A stretch of 32,072 nucleotides of DNA from Octopus bimaculoides. Lineage: Eukaryota. A program made the translations under genes and the position numbers. Positions 1-11,697 of this stretch are shown here, piece by piece. Where the stretch lies: positions 30,855,888 through 30,887,959 of the forward strand of contig NC_069000.1 of assembly GCF_001194135.2 (NCBI RefSeq), in the 5' to 3' direction. How positions within the stretch are numbered: the stretch's first letter is position 1; every line of letters starts with the position of its first letter. The notes beneath the pieces are model-generated. The model was not told the origin of the DNA. It saw only the letters and a list, made by a program, of their open reading frames with translations, and did no database searches.

Positions 1-5
1 ATATA

Positions 6-44
<39 letters not shown>

Positions 45-171
45 AAGTTATTTATATTGGTATGAATATATAAATATATATATATATGAATATACTTATA
101 TAGGAATAAATATGAATACGTATATAAAATCGTACGCGCGCACACACACACTCGCAAACCAGCACACAAAC

Positions 172-250
<79 letters not shown>
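1..250. repeat. Compound (TA)n/(CA)n microsatellite cluster
   Basis: Seen directly. Confidence 0.95.
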
Positions 251-252
<2 letters not shown>

Positions 253-607
253 TATCTAAATTTATTACGACGGAGACACGTAGAGAGGGAAAAATGAGTA
301 GACACTTCGATAAAAGATGAAAGAGGAACAAGGCAGAAATGACTGATAGAACAGCAAGGAATGGGTTAATGGTTCACTGAATTGAATGTTTAATTAATGA
401 AATGTGAAAGGTGGACGGGTACTTTATAGGTGATGTCTATGTTTAGCCTCGTAATGTGTATTATGAATAGACATAGAGAGAGAGAGAAATTGAGGTGGTT
501 TCAGTTTTCACACTGAGAGGGAAATTGAATATTCATGCGAGCAATTTGGACTTTAAAGATCAAGTTAGACTCAAAATGTTCAGATGTACAGGGGCGGAAT
601 TGAATTT

Positions 608-610
<3 letters not shown>

Positions 611-683
<73 letters not shown>

Positions 684-904
684 TATATGTGTATGCGTGT
701 GTGTGTATGTGTGTGCGTGCGCGCGTGTGTATATGTATATATGTATATATGCGTGTGTGGTACGCGTGTGAATATATATATATGTATATGTACATATGTA
801 TATATGTATATATGTACATAGAAATATGTATATATATCCAATAATACCATCCATATCACGTCCTCACTTTGTTGTTTTTTTGTTTTTTTGTTATTGTTTT
901 TTTG

Positions 905-951
<47 letters not shown>

Positions 952-1010
952 TAAATATGCATATATATATGTATGTGCATGTGTATATATATGCAACTAT
1001 ATTATGTATA
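611..1010. repeat. (TA)n plus degenerate (TG/TA)n low-complexity tracts
   Basis: Seen directly. Confidence 0.9.
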
Positions 1011-1024
1011 TATAGCGTAAAGTA

Positions 1025-1115
1025 GCGAGCTGGCATAATCGTTAGCATCACATACTTACCAGCATTTCGGCCGTTTTCACGTTCTGAGTTCAAATTCCGC
1101 CGAGGTTCACTTTGC
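1025..1115 (+). mobile_element. tRNA-derived SINE family A, 5' head only (3'-truncated)
   Basis: A-box-like TGGCATAATCG (1031-1041) and B-box GAGTTCAAATTCC (1086-1098). Colinear with the copies at 18259, 20592 and 21590(-). Resembles octopus OK/OR-type SINEs (recalled; exact family name not verified). Confidence 0.85.
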
Positions 1116-1156
1116 ATATGCACGTATGTATGTGTGTGTGCATATACATAAATAGC

Positions 1157-1202
<46 letters not shown>

Positions 1203-1212
1203 NNNNNNNNNN

Positions 1213-1244
<32 letters not shown>

Positions 1245-2028
1245 GTATGTATGTATGTATGTATACACATGCACATCATATGCAGACGATAGTTTTAGAA
1301 TATATTTGTTATAATTGTTGGCTTGTTTTAGTGATTTACAATAAATATATATATAGTATCTTAAATATCATTTACAATGCAAATGAGTTGATTAATCTAT
1401 GAAGAATTCTATTATTGTACAACAAAAAATGTGTACATTAATGTATATTTACTTAGCGATACTTCCATCAGGCTTTTTGCAAGAACGAACGTTGAAGTCT
1501 GTACTTCGCTGTAAAGGATCCTGTGGGATGATGTAGATATGAAGTTGTCTCCCATACTTGACCAAACAATTGAATATTAAGCAAATGCTTTTTTACATAA
1601 AGTTTTGTGTACTGCATATTAAATAAGGTTGTTTTAATGTCAACCTGTGTTTTTTCATGCGAAAGTATCGACGATTAATATATTCCATTATTCTCTCCAT
1701 AAAATAAATACAAAAATGATTTTCGAGTCGTTTTAAACTATATTCTCGAAAGTTTCCACTTAAATTTCCTTGTAGTGTTTCGAAACAGCTATCCATAATT
1801 ATCAGAGAGAAAGGACATTAATTCTGTCTGTATATTAATAAATTAATAAATATTGTCAATATTAATAAATGTATTCACAGAACAGGTGAATATAAACTAG
1901 TGAAGATATAAATACATATACACACACAGATGTCAGTAAAAATGCCAGAGAGGAAATAGATATATTGAACTAGACAGAAAGAAAGTAGATGAAGTAGATG
2001 AAGTCAGAAGATACATGTTCTACTAAAA

Positions 2029-2062
<34 letters not shown>

Positions 2063-2378
2063 NNNNNNNNNNNNNNNNNNNNNNNNNNNNNNNNNNNNNN
2101 NNNNNNNNNNNNNNNNNNNNNNNNNNNNNNNNNNNNNNNNNNNNNNNNNNNNNNNNNNNNNNNNNNNNNNNNNNNNNNNNNNNNNNNNNNNNNNNNNNNN
2201 NNNNNNNNNNNNNNNNNNNNNNNNNNNNNNNNNNNNNNNNNNNNNNNNNNNNNNNNNNNNNNNNNNNNNNNNNNNNNNNNNNNNNNNNNNNNNNNNNNNN
2301 NNNNNNNNNNNNNNAAAGAAAGTTACAAAATACTGCATAACGTTTTGTCCACCACCTCACCGCTATTCTACTCTCCAC

Positions 2379-2406
2379 AATAATAATAATAATAATAATA
2401 ATAATG

Positions 2407-2464
<58 letters not shown>

Positions 2465-2469
2465 TAATA
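2379..2469. repeat. (AAT)n microsatellite
   Basis: Seen directly. Confidence 0.97.
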
Positions 2470-2596
2470 ACAAGAACAGCATCAACAATACTTATATCAT
2501 CAAATACAATGACTGTTACCCTTGTCAGAAGTGAGCACAAATGTAACAAAAACAAGCATACACACACACACACACAACACAAACACACACACACAC

Positions 2597-2639
<43 letters not shown>

Positions 2640-2944
2640 GTATATATATGTATAATTGAAAATATAAAATAACTTAATATAATCATGTATGAATATTAGT
2701 TTTCGAAGCGAGAGTCAATAGCGGAAAATATAAAAGATTCGTCTCATGAACTTCCGGTGAGCTTTGTTCAGAAAATGTCACAACGAGGTTGAATATCGTC
2801 TAGCAGAGGCGAAAAATAAAATAAAAAAGAAAATGTTTCAAAGTTAGATTTAGTTTCACAGATAATATTCGATAAAAGTGATTTGAGAACAAAGAATTAG
2901 TTGTAATCATATTTTTCTAAGCGTTATATATGACTATGTATACA

Positions 2945-2992
<48 letters not shown>

Positions 2993-3933
2993 NNNNNNNN
3001 NNNNNNNNNNNNNNNNNNNNNNNNNNNNNNNNNNNNNNNNNNNNNNNNNNNNNNNNNNNNNNNNNNNNNNNNNNNNNNNNNNNNNNNNNNNNNNNNNNNN
3101 NNNNNNNNNNNNNNNNNNNNNNNNNNNNNNNNNNNNNNNNNNNNNNNNNNNNNNNNNNNNNNNNNNNNNNNNNNNNNNNNNNNNNNNNNNNNNNNNNNNN
3201 NNNNNNNNNNNNNNNNNNNNNNNNNNNNNNNNNNNNNNNNNNNNNNNNNNNNNNNNNNNNNNNNNNNNNNNNNNNNNNNNNNNNNNNNNNNNNNNNNNNN
3301 NNNNNNNNNNNNNNNNNNNNNNNNNNNNNNNNNNNNNNNNNNNNNNNNNNNNNNNNNNNNNNNNNNNNNNNNNNNNNNNNNNNNNNNNNNNNNNNNNNNN
3401 NNNNNNNNNNNNNNNNNNNNNNNNNNNNNNNNNNNNNNNNNNNNNNNNNNNNNNNNNNNNNNNNNNNNNNNNNNNNNNNNNNNNNNNNNNNNNNNNNNNN
3501 NNNNNNNNNNNNNNNNNNNNNNNNNNNNNNNNNNNNNNNNNNNNNNNNNNNNNNNNNNNNNNNNNNNNNNNNNNNNNNNNNNNNNNNNNNNNNNNNNNNN
3601 NNNNNNNNNNNNNNNNNNNNNNNNNNNNNNNNNNNNNNNNNNNNNNNNNNNNNNNNNNNNNNNNNNNNNNNNNNNNNNNNNNNNNNNNNNNNNNNNNNNN
3701 NNNNNNNNNNNNNNNNNNNNNNNNNNNNNNNNNNNNNNNNNNNNNNNNNNNNNNNNNNNNNNNNNNNNNNNNNNNNNNNNNNNNNNNNNNNNNNNNNNNN
3801 NNNNNNNNNNNNNNNNNNNNNNNNNNNNNNNNNNNNNNNNNNNNNNNNNNNNNNNNNNNNNNNNNNNNNNNNNNNNNNNNNNNNNNNNNNNNNNTATATG
3901 CATACACCTATACATACACACACACACACACAT

Positions 3934-3964
<31 letters not shown>

Positions 3965-4948
3965 CAGAATAGGAAGGGTTTAGGCCACTGGTGATTTAAA
4001 CTTATAGGTACGCTGTGTTAGTGCTCCAAGTTATAAGCTATTAGGATCCAAGTTCGTAACGGTGACAGGAGTTTGGGATCCGTAGCCTATTTCCGAGTCA
4101 GTGGTTTAAGATTCTGGCTTTCGGTAAGTGTTTTAGGTTTTTATTTGGGGCGAGCAGATATACAACAATATGTTGGTCCTGTCACACTTAGCCTACCGTT
4201 TCATCCAGAACAGAATGTGAAACCTGGAAGAAGTGAGGACCGCACCAGCACTTGGTTGATGCTCGTACAAATGAGCAGACAGGATCAACATATAATAGAC
4301 TTGAATTGAACACCTGATTTTGCCATTATAAATTGCACTCCATAACCAGTATCATTCATACATACACACACTCTCACACAAATACTGAAAAAATCTGCGC
4401 TATATGTGAATGTAAGTAGGCGTTGCAAGCTTTGCTTGCCAAACGGGAGATTCATTCTAAAAAATTTACAAAAACCGTGTGCTTTCCTGAACTATAAAGC
4501 CGAATTATATCATTAGTGCCGTCATGAAAAACAGTTCATTTTGGTAACGGGGACATTCCCATATTTAGACTGGAGTGCAAAAAATATGTATACAAGCACA
4601 ACTGACACCATTCTAGCACAGCTGACGTCTCATAGGAGGCAAATCTTGTTTCCCTCCCGAAAAATATTAGAACTTTTCACAACATTTTCGTCACGATTGT
4701 TATCATAACCACCGAGAAGACCAGAACTATATATTTAACTCCTGCATAAAAGAAGCCAAGCGATTCTGGCTAGTAACTCTGAAGAGTCGTCAATATTTTC
4801 AAAAGCAAATAGTCGGTGCGAAACGGTAAGATGCTGTGCATTTATATGTCGTAATCAGGAAAATACAGATCAAGGAGATCCATACTTTCATGCATACGTC
4901 CATTCATACATACACACATATATACATACATACATACGCATACACACA

Positions 4949-4982
<34 letters not shown>

Positions 4983-5048
4983 CATACATACATATGTATA
5001 CGTATATATGCACATATCTATATGTATGCATACGAATGTATATATATA

Positions 5049-5097
5049 CTTTTATGTGTTTCAGCCAGGTCGCTGTGGTCATGCTGGAGCTCCACCA
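5049..5097 (-). mobile_element. SINE family B, short 3'-tail fragment
   Basis: TTTTATGTGTTTCAGCC...GTGGTCATGCTGGAGC matches the copy at 8461-8562 and the reverse complement of the 3' end of 13136-13505. Confidence 0.6.
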
Positions 5098-5104
5098 TGA
5101 TTTT

Positions 5105-5299
5105 TCACTCTTTATTTTTGTACCCTCTCCACAATCCTTCTGTGATTCCTCTCCTCCGATCCCATCAAAATTGACGATAGCCCATCTGGTGTATGATAGA
5201 ATTCGACACTGCTACGCTCAAGTGTGCCTCATGTTGGGCCAGCGGTTCGTCTGGTATTGTGGATAGGAGAGTGTCCAGTTTCTTTTTGAAATAAGAAGT
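5105..5299 (-). mobile_element. 3'-terminal fragment of a CR1/L2-like LINE ORF2
   Basis: Minus-strand translation TSYFKKKLDTLLSTIPDEPLAQHEAHLSVAVSNSIIHQMGYRQF* (stop at 5165-5167). FKxxLDxxLxxIPDEP...SNSI resembles the ORF2 C-terminus of invertebrate CR1-group LINEs (family knowledge, no search run). Confidence 0.65.
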
Positions 5300-5590
5300 C
5301 AGTTTCTAATATATCACTTGTAAGCTTTCCTAATATAGCCAACAAATAAATACACCTAGCAAATTATGAAATTCATCTAGTGTTTTCCTAATGCATCTAA
5401 TGGGTTACTAATATACACAATGTTAAATCCTGTTAGTTACGATTTATTAATACATCCAATAAGATATTAATATATACAGCGAGTTACTAATATATATAAC
5501 ATATAGCCTCAGTCACTAATAAATTTAGTGAGTTTGCAGTCAATATAGTGTGTTACTAATAAAAGAGGTGAGTTAGTAATAAAATTTCAG
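5300..5590. repeat. Degenerate minisatellite with recurring G(A/T)GTTACTAATA-like motif
   Basis: GTTACTAATA, GTCACTAATA or GTTAGTAATA variants at about 5404, 5483, 5512, 5552 and 5573, with irregular spacing. Confidence 0.55.
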
Positions 5591-5737
5591 ACTGATTTCT
5601 TTGAAATATTTCCAATTGAAGAAGCTGCGGAAATTATTAACTTTCGGTCGGTTTTACTCTGAAGAATAATGTTTAGAAATAGTAAATCAGAAACATTGGA
5701 ATTATATTGGCTTCCTCTGTATTTTGCCTTCATTTCT

Positions 5738-5738
<1 letters not shown>

Positions 5739-5780
<42 letters not shown>

Positions 5781-5817
5781 CTCTTTTTTCTCTTTTTCTC
5801 TCTGTTAGCTGTGTTGA

Positions 5818-5882
<65 letters not shown>

Positions 5883-5887
5883 GTCTT

Positions 5888-5930
<43 letters not shown>

Positions 5931-5947
5931 GCCTGCCTGCCTGCCTG
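5739..5947. repeat. Compound microsatellite (CT)n ... (ATCT)n-(GTCT)n-(GCCT)n
   Basis: Seen directly; runs into a gap. Confidence 0.97.
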
Positions 5948-6393
5948 NNNNNNNNNNNNNNNNNNNNNNNNNNNNNNNNNNNNNNNNNNNNNNNNNNNNN
6001 NNNNNNNNNNNNNNNNNNNNNNNNNNNNNNNNNNNNNNNNNNNNNNNNNNNNNNNNNNNNNNNNNNNNNNNNNNNNNNNNNNNNNNNNNNNNNNNNNNNN
6101 NNNNNNNNNNNNNNNNNNNNNNNNNNNNNNNNNNNNNNNNNNNNNNNNNNNNNNNNNNNNNNNNNNNNNNNNNNNNNNNNNNNNNNNNNNNNNNNNNNNN
6201 NNNNNNNNNNNNNNNNNNNNNNNNNNNNNNNNNNNNNNNNNNNNNNNNNNNNNNNNNNNNNNNNNNNNNNNNNNNNNNNNNNNNNNNNNNNNNNNNNTAC
6301 ATACAGAAATTGAGTGAGAGTGAAAGAGAGTGGGGTCGATGATGCAGGTGAAAAATTAACTTATCTATCTATCAATCTATTTATCACAACATA

Positions 6394-6394
<1 letters not shown>

Positions 6395-6469
<75 letters not shown>

Positions 6470-6470
6470 A
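6395..6470. repeat. (TA)n(TG)n microsatellite
   Basis: Seen directly. Confidence 0.95.
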
Positions 6471-8089
6471 TACATCCATATATAAGGCCTGATTTACTCC
6501 GCTTCTCTGTAGCTTTGCATTCTTCATCCATGCTTCCTACCTATCTGTTTACATAGCCATTCCGCAATCTCAGACACTTTCTTTCGCATTCTCATTCTTG
6601 CTATACATTTTTATATTACCATCTCACCAAGCCAAATTTTCCCCACTCTTCCTCTATTTCCTTTTCCCCTCACATTTACTCCATTTGACCCCCATCACCA
6701 CACCCAGTACCACCACCACCTTCGAAATGTCGCCTCCTTCTCGAATCCTCCCCACCTACTCTACACTCATCGCTAAAAACCAAAAGACCAAAGATGCTAC
6801 GTTGCTCTTATAGGTAACGGCTAATGTTTCTACACACACAGGCAGTGACTCATCATCAATAATATTAATCTTCTTCTCTAGTTTAAACTACTCCGACAGA
6901 TCGATGAACCAATAATATTCTCTTCTGATCGCTTATTTTCTTTGATCCTATTCCAATTGCGTGAATTCTCTTTCCCGCCTCTCACAAATAATGTCACCAT
7001 GTCGTCATGAGAGATGTCGGTTTAATCTTATATATACATACATATGTATGTATGTGTATGTGTGTGTATATATATATATATCTACACACACAAACACACA
7101 TACACATGTATATATGTATATCTATATATAAAATATGTATGTATATATATACGTACACACACATATATATGTACATATATATGTACACATACATACACAC
7201 ACACACACACACACATATATATATGTAAACGTATACTTATATATATATATATACGTATATATATATGTATATATGTATATATGTATATATGTATATATGT
7301 ATATATNNNNNNNNNNNNNNNNNNNNNNNNNNNNNNNNNNNNNNNNNNNNNNNNNNNNNNNNNNNNNNNNNNNNNNNNNNNNNNNNNNNNNNNNNNNNNN
7401 NNNNNNNNNNNNNNNNNNNNNNNNNNNNNNNNNNNNNNNNNNNNNNNNNNNNNNNNNNNNNNNNNNNNNNNNNNNNNNNNNNNNNNNNNNNNNNNNNNNN
7501 NNNNNNNNNNNNNNNNNNNNNNNNNNNNNNNNNNNNNNNNNNNNNNNNNNNNNNNNNNNNNNNNNNNNNNNNNNNNNNNNNNNNNNNNNNNNNNNNNNNN
7601 NNNNNNNNNNNNNNNATACATACATATAGATATGCATAAACACACATGCATACATATACACGCGCGCACACACACGTATATATATTACTAGTAGCCATTT
7701 TAATTTTTTTACTTCATAATTCTAAACCTATATTGACGTATATTATGATCAATAGATTAATATGTCAAGTATATTACTAGAAACTTGTTGCAACACTATT
7801 CAAAATGACGTCATTTGTGCGTCAGTTTCGATACTGGCCGCCATATTTTTCTCTTACAGGTGAAATTATTATTTGCTCTTTTTTCTAACCTTTTATGGTA
7901 AATAAGAATTTTCTGTACCAATCCTAATCTTTTAATACTCGTCTTATTCGTACACTTCTTCTTTGCACGTGATTTTATTCCTTTTTATATACCTATTGAA
8001 ATCTTCTGCTGCTGGTTGTGGTGATAACTTGTCAAACTGCCAACTGGAGAATTCATAGCTTGTATGCTTCACCAAAGTAGCTGTTGATT

Positions 8090-8308
8090 TTGTTGTTGTT
8101 CAGTCCTTAGTCAGCTCTCATTGAGTAGGCCTACGATCAAAAGCCATGATTAGCAATAAACCTCCCACCTTTTATTTGAGACATGGTGTATCTAGAAATA
8201 CATTAAATAGTGTGTTCTTTGCTTATTTTTACGACGGTATCAGTTGATTTGATCGAGATTTGGTTGTTATTTATAGCAGGTCGGATGAGCAAATAAAGAT
8301 TCCCGTCT
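8090..8308 (-). mobile_element. Short interspersed repeat family D with (AAC)n tail
   Basis: The reverse complement aligns with 10043-10235: shared AAATA.CA.CCAAATCTC, ATCATG...GTAGGCCTAC and an (AAC)n tail. A second partial copy lies at about 8368-8425. Confidence 0.65.
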
Positions 8309-8460
8309 GGTCACGAGTCAGTGATTAAGACACTTCTTTCTCATGTTGCTCAAAGTAATAAATAGGTTGATGTTCTATTGCTCCACGTTAGCTCTGACTG
8401 AGACGACTAATGATCAAAGGTATACGCAGGACGTACTAATCCTTTTTTTATGTTTACAGT

Positions 8461-8562
8461 ATCTTTTATCTTTTACTTGTTTCAGTCATTAGATTGCGGT
8501 CATGCTGGGGCACAGCCTCGAAGACTTTTTAGTCGAACGAATTGATTCAGAGTACTTATGTA
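8461..8562 (-). mobile_element. SINE family B, 3' part
   Basis: ATCTTTTATCTTTTACTTGTTTCAGTCATT...TAGTCGAA...AGTACTTAT is the reverse complement of the 3' region of 13385-13505. Confidence 0.8.
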
Positions 8563-8639
8563 TTTTAGAAAAGTTTCATGGTATGAGAATTTCACACTTG
8601 GCTCTAGTTTAAGTATTGAGAATCGATCGAAACCCTCTC

Positions 8640-8797
8640 AACTGTGCTTATCAAATCTCACCCTAACGATATTGTATAATCTTAAAAAGGGACACATACC
8701 ATAAAATTAGTCAGATACTCTAGGCCTCTGATAGAACGATTTCGACCTTGTGTCTGTTATAGTTGCGCTGACTTGGGGTTAAGTAGCCACAACAAAA
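8640..8797 (+). mobile_element. Very degenerate copy of repeat family D
   Basis: CAAATCTCACCCTAAC...CTTAAAAAGGGACACAT...CTGACTTGGGGTTAAG...ACAACAA follows the same motif order as 10043-10235. Confidence 0.4.
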
Positions 8798-8868
8798 ATG
8801 CACTAATAACACGGACTGCCCTTGTGATGACAACAGCATTGGTGATGATCATAAGTGATGATAACACA

Positions 8869-9530
8869 TCTTACTATTATAGGCTTTATGTCCGTCTGTT
8901 TGTCCATCTGTCAGTCTGACCGTCTGTCTATCTGTTCCCTCTTCACCGTCAAACGGCTGGAACAATGGTCACGATATCTTTCGGGGTTACGAAGGAGGTA
9001 AGCAGGAAGGTTATTAGCGAAAAAATATGAAAAAGTATGATTATTAAGTGGATATTGACTTTTGTATTAATAAATCACCATTGATTTTTTTTTTGTTACA
9101 ATTCCGGCGACGAGGATTAGCTCTGGATTCCCCCTACCCATCGCGTATAATTCATGAATTTAGAGGGTTTAGATTTGCGATACTGTCCCTTTATTTCCCA
9201 TCGTAGATGGGAAGATTTGCTATCTTACTATAAAGGAGGTTATGTTTGCCTGACTGTCTCTTTGTCTCTTCACGGCCAGACTGTTGGACCAAAGGTTACG
9301 TTATTTTTTATGATTACAAAGACGGTCGTGAGGAAGGTTTTTAGCACAAAGTATGATTATTTCGTGGATATCAATTTTTGAATTGATAAACCACCTTCGC
9401 AATTTTATTAAAAATTCACGAACCAGGAGTTACTCTGGGTTTTCATCTTATAGTTTGTGGCCCCGTCGTAGATACGAAGGGGATCGCGAAGACGGTTAAT
9501 AGCGAACATAAAATAGAAAAAGTATGTGTC
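8869..9530 (+). mobile_element. Head-to-tail tandem of non-autonomous Helitron-like units (8869-9222, 9223-~9470, partial third to ~9530)
   Basis: Both units start A|TCTTACTAT(T)ATA followed by a CTGT/GTCT-rich stretch, and they align internally (GGAAGGTT.TTAGC...AAAGTATGATTATT..GTGGATAT). Unit 1 ends with a perfect hairpin TTCCCATC-GTA-GATGGGAA (9195-9213) 9 nt before the junction. A 5'-TC start plus a subterminal 3' hairpin is the established Helitron signature. Confidence 0.55.
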
Positions 9531-9554
9531 AGTTTGAACAATTCACCTTATTTA

Positions 9555-9800
9555 GGGACATTTTGAGCTGGATGGGCTACTCGACGTGAAGAAAGTTCTA
9601 ACTGATCCCCAACTGTAAGGTCCCACACTGTATATCCTAACATGAGATCACCATTTTGCGCACATACAGTTGTGATGCATGTGCCTAGTGTACCCTTATC
9701 AGACAGGTAGTCATGATTGATATACTGGGTTTCGTATATTTGTACTGCACTATAATTTAGATGGCATGCACTGCTCTCTCTCTCTGTCTCTCGCTCAATA
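9555..9800 (+). mobile_element. Probable 3' end of an interspersed retroelement
   Basis: GTTGTGATGCATGTGCCT...TACCCTTATCAGAC...GATGGCATGCACTGCTCTCTC...CTCAATAAT resembles a high-copy octopus retroelement 3' end (recalled only; single copy in this window). Confidence 0.35.
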
Positions 9801-9811
9801 ATATAAATATT

Positions 9812-9947
9812 GGGGGAAGGAGCTAGTCAATTACATCGACCCCGAAATGATGAAGAACAAAGTCAACCTCAGTGGGATTTGAACGTGAAGCTGGAAGATA
9901 TTCCTGTAAGCATTTTGTCTGGTAGCGTAAAAATTTCTGCCAATTCG
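9812..9947 (-). mobile_element. SINE family A, degenerate and internally deleted
   Basis: ATTACATCGACCCC...AAAGTCAACCTCAGTGGGATTTGAAC...TAAGCATTT...TTCTGCCAATTCG is colinear with the minus-strand copy at 21590-21822. Confidence 0.75.
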
Positions 9948-10042
9948 TGATCTTCAAAAAAACTAATAACAACATCACTATCACAACAGTAATACTTGTG
10001 GACAAGCTAATAACAGCATTACTTTGTAAACGATCAACTTTA

Positions 10043-10235
10043 AAGAAATAGCAGCCAAATCTCAAGCAAACCATACACCAACTCTTAAGGCTAAAAATAG
10101 AATGCAAATTACTTTAGATGATGTAATCAATGATATAGTAAACGATTGGATGATCATGACTGGTAGGCCTACGGTTATGTCACGGGTCTGTTCGATGGGA
10201 GCTCAGCTCAAATTAATCGGCAATAACAACAACAA
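10043..10235 (+). mobile_element. Repeat family D copy ending in (AAC)n, followed by (AAT)n to 10288
   Basis: Aligns to the reverse complement of 8090-8308; tail AATAACAACAAC. Confidence 0.65.
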
Positions 10236-10245
10236 TAGCAACAGC

Positions 10246-10288
<43 letters not shown>

Positions 10289-10579
10289 TTTTTTAAATAA
10301 TTGACGTAAGTCTCCACAAAGGTAAATGGACAAGACGGAGAGCGTGAGGCTATTGCAATAGATATCTTATTGGTTGAGCGATATTTCAACAGCAAGCCTG
10401 TCTTTGTTGAGTTCAAAATAAGAAGTGATAAAAATTAAAGTAAGAACGAGAGCAACCAGCCTCCACATGTTGATGGAATGACATCATCAGTCTTTAAGTT
10501 TAAATTTTAAACAGGCAAAAAGAAAAAGACAGAAAAAGAGGAAAGAAAGAGAGAAAAAAGAAAAGGTAAAAGAAGAAAA

Positions 10580-11697
10580 ATATTTAATCTCCCAAGAAAA
10601 ATAGGTGGAAGAGGCCTGATACAGCTCGAACAATCCTTCAAATCATTAATAATAGACCTTGAAACGTACCTTAATACAACAAGTGTTGTGCTTTTACGAA
10701 CTACACTGAAGCATGAAGATTCCAAGCAAGCTTCTGTCATGAAGCTAATCAGAAATTTTAAAATTCTCTTGGCCTACAAATTAACAATAAGAATGACCAT
10801 GACGCCCAAATACTGACAGACCTACCATTGCTTCTCCTGATTTAGAAATTAACAATCTGAAATGCCAACGAGATCCAAACAATGACAAACCTATCATTGA
10901 TGTAAAAAAACATCAAACATAAATGAAAGAGGGTTGCATGAATAATATCGAAGACAACTGGAAATGCAAACTCTTGCATGGAAAATACCCTCACCGCCAT
11001 CCAAACCAGATATTCATCAAAATCTATCACATCAATGGCTACAAGGGACAGGTCTGAAAGGCGAACAGAAGGTTTTGTTATTGCAGCGCAAGATCCGAGC
11101 TTACTTACCAGAAACTACCACGCAAACGTCCTTAAAGGTGAATCTGATCCCTCGTGCACAATTTGTGGAAAATTCACAGAGAAGAGGGATCATGTTGTTT
11201 CTGGATGCCCAGTCCTCGCTCAAAAGTAGTACCTTATAAGACATGACAGACTCGGGCAGTATACCCACTGGAATGCTTGTAAATACTACAAAATTATATC
11301 CCATGATAAATGGTACAGGCACATCCAGAGGATGTCACCATCCTTTAGAACTTTCCAATACAGACAGATAAATCGACTCTCATTGACCAGACATTGTGAT
11401 CAAGGACTGCAACAAAGGAACTTGTCTGTTAATAGATACGTTTGTCCCACAAGACCAAATGTCTTAAGAAAGGAATACGAAAAGCTCTCTCACTATAAAG
11501 ATCTGCAAATTGAAATCACAAAAATGCGGAAGCTTGGTATTACGCTAACACTAGTAGTAATTGGTGTGTTGGGAATGATAAAGAAGGGAGCTGAGAAGTA
11601 TATTAAGCAACTCCCAGGTAACTCTAATCTCCGTGAACTACAAAAGATAACTTTGATGAGTACAGCCCATTTACTACGGAAATCACTCTCCATCTAA
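10580..11697 (+). pseudogene. 5'-truncated, frameshifted non-LTR retrotransposon ORF with restriction-like endonuclease (R4/Dong-like; R2/NeSL/R4 group)
   Basis: Domains appear in order across frameshifts and stops: post-RT motif LPRKIGGRGL (10589), WKCKLLHGKY, HQWLQGTGLKGE/TEGFVIAAQD, CCHC knuckle CTICGKFTEKRDHVVSGC (11155-11208), YLIRHD, PDIVIKDCNKGTCLLID (11387), and EKLSHYKDLQIEI...VVIGVLG (PD-(D/E)xK endonuclease), ending at TAA 11697. The RT core is absent. Confidence 0.92.

Noticed and set aside
1460-1800. Minus-strand ORF MDSCFETL... and neighbouring frame QVDIKTTLFNMQYTKLYVKKHLLNIQLFGQVWETT...
   Set aside because: No recognisable domain and no convincing splice-site pair; it needs a BLAST or RNA-seq check.
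3995-4290. Possible additional SINE-like repeat (tRNA-like GTGGTTTAAG...)
   Set aside because: No clear B-box and no second copy in the window.
4660-4835. CTGAAGA (4779) ... GAAAC (4820) as a further hammerhead, with a frame SQHF...KEAKRFWLVTLKS faintly like a GIY-YIG C-terminus
   Set aside because: Stem II does not form and the protein similarity is too weak. An alternative Helitron-helicase-like reading (RTFHNIF) is equally weak.
10245-10288. (AAT)n as the Dong-type target site of the 10580 element
   Set aside because: It lies about 290 bp from the recognisable element and is better explained as the tail of the family D repeat.
10484-10490. CUGAUGA on the minus strand
   Set aside because: No stem II or properly placed GAAA follows.
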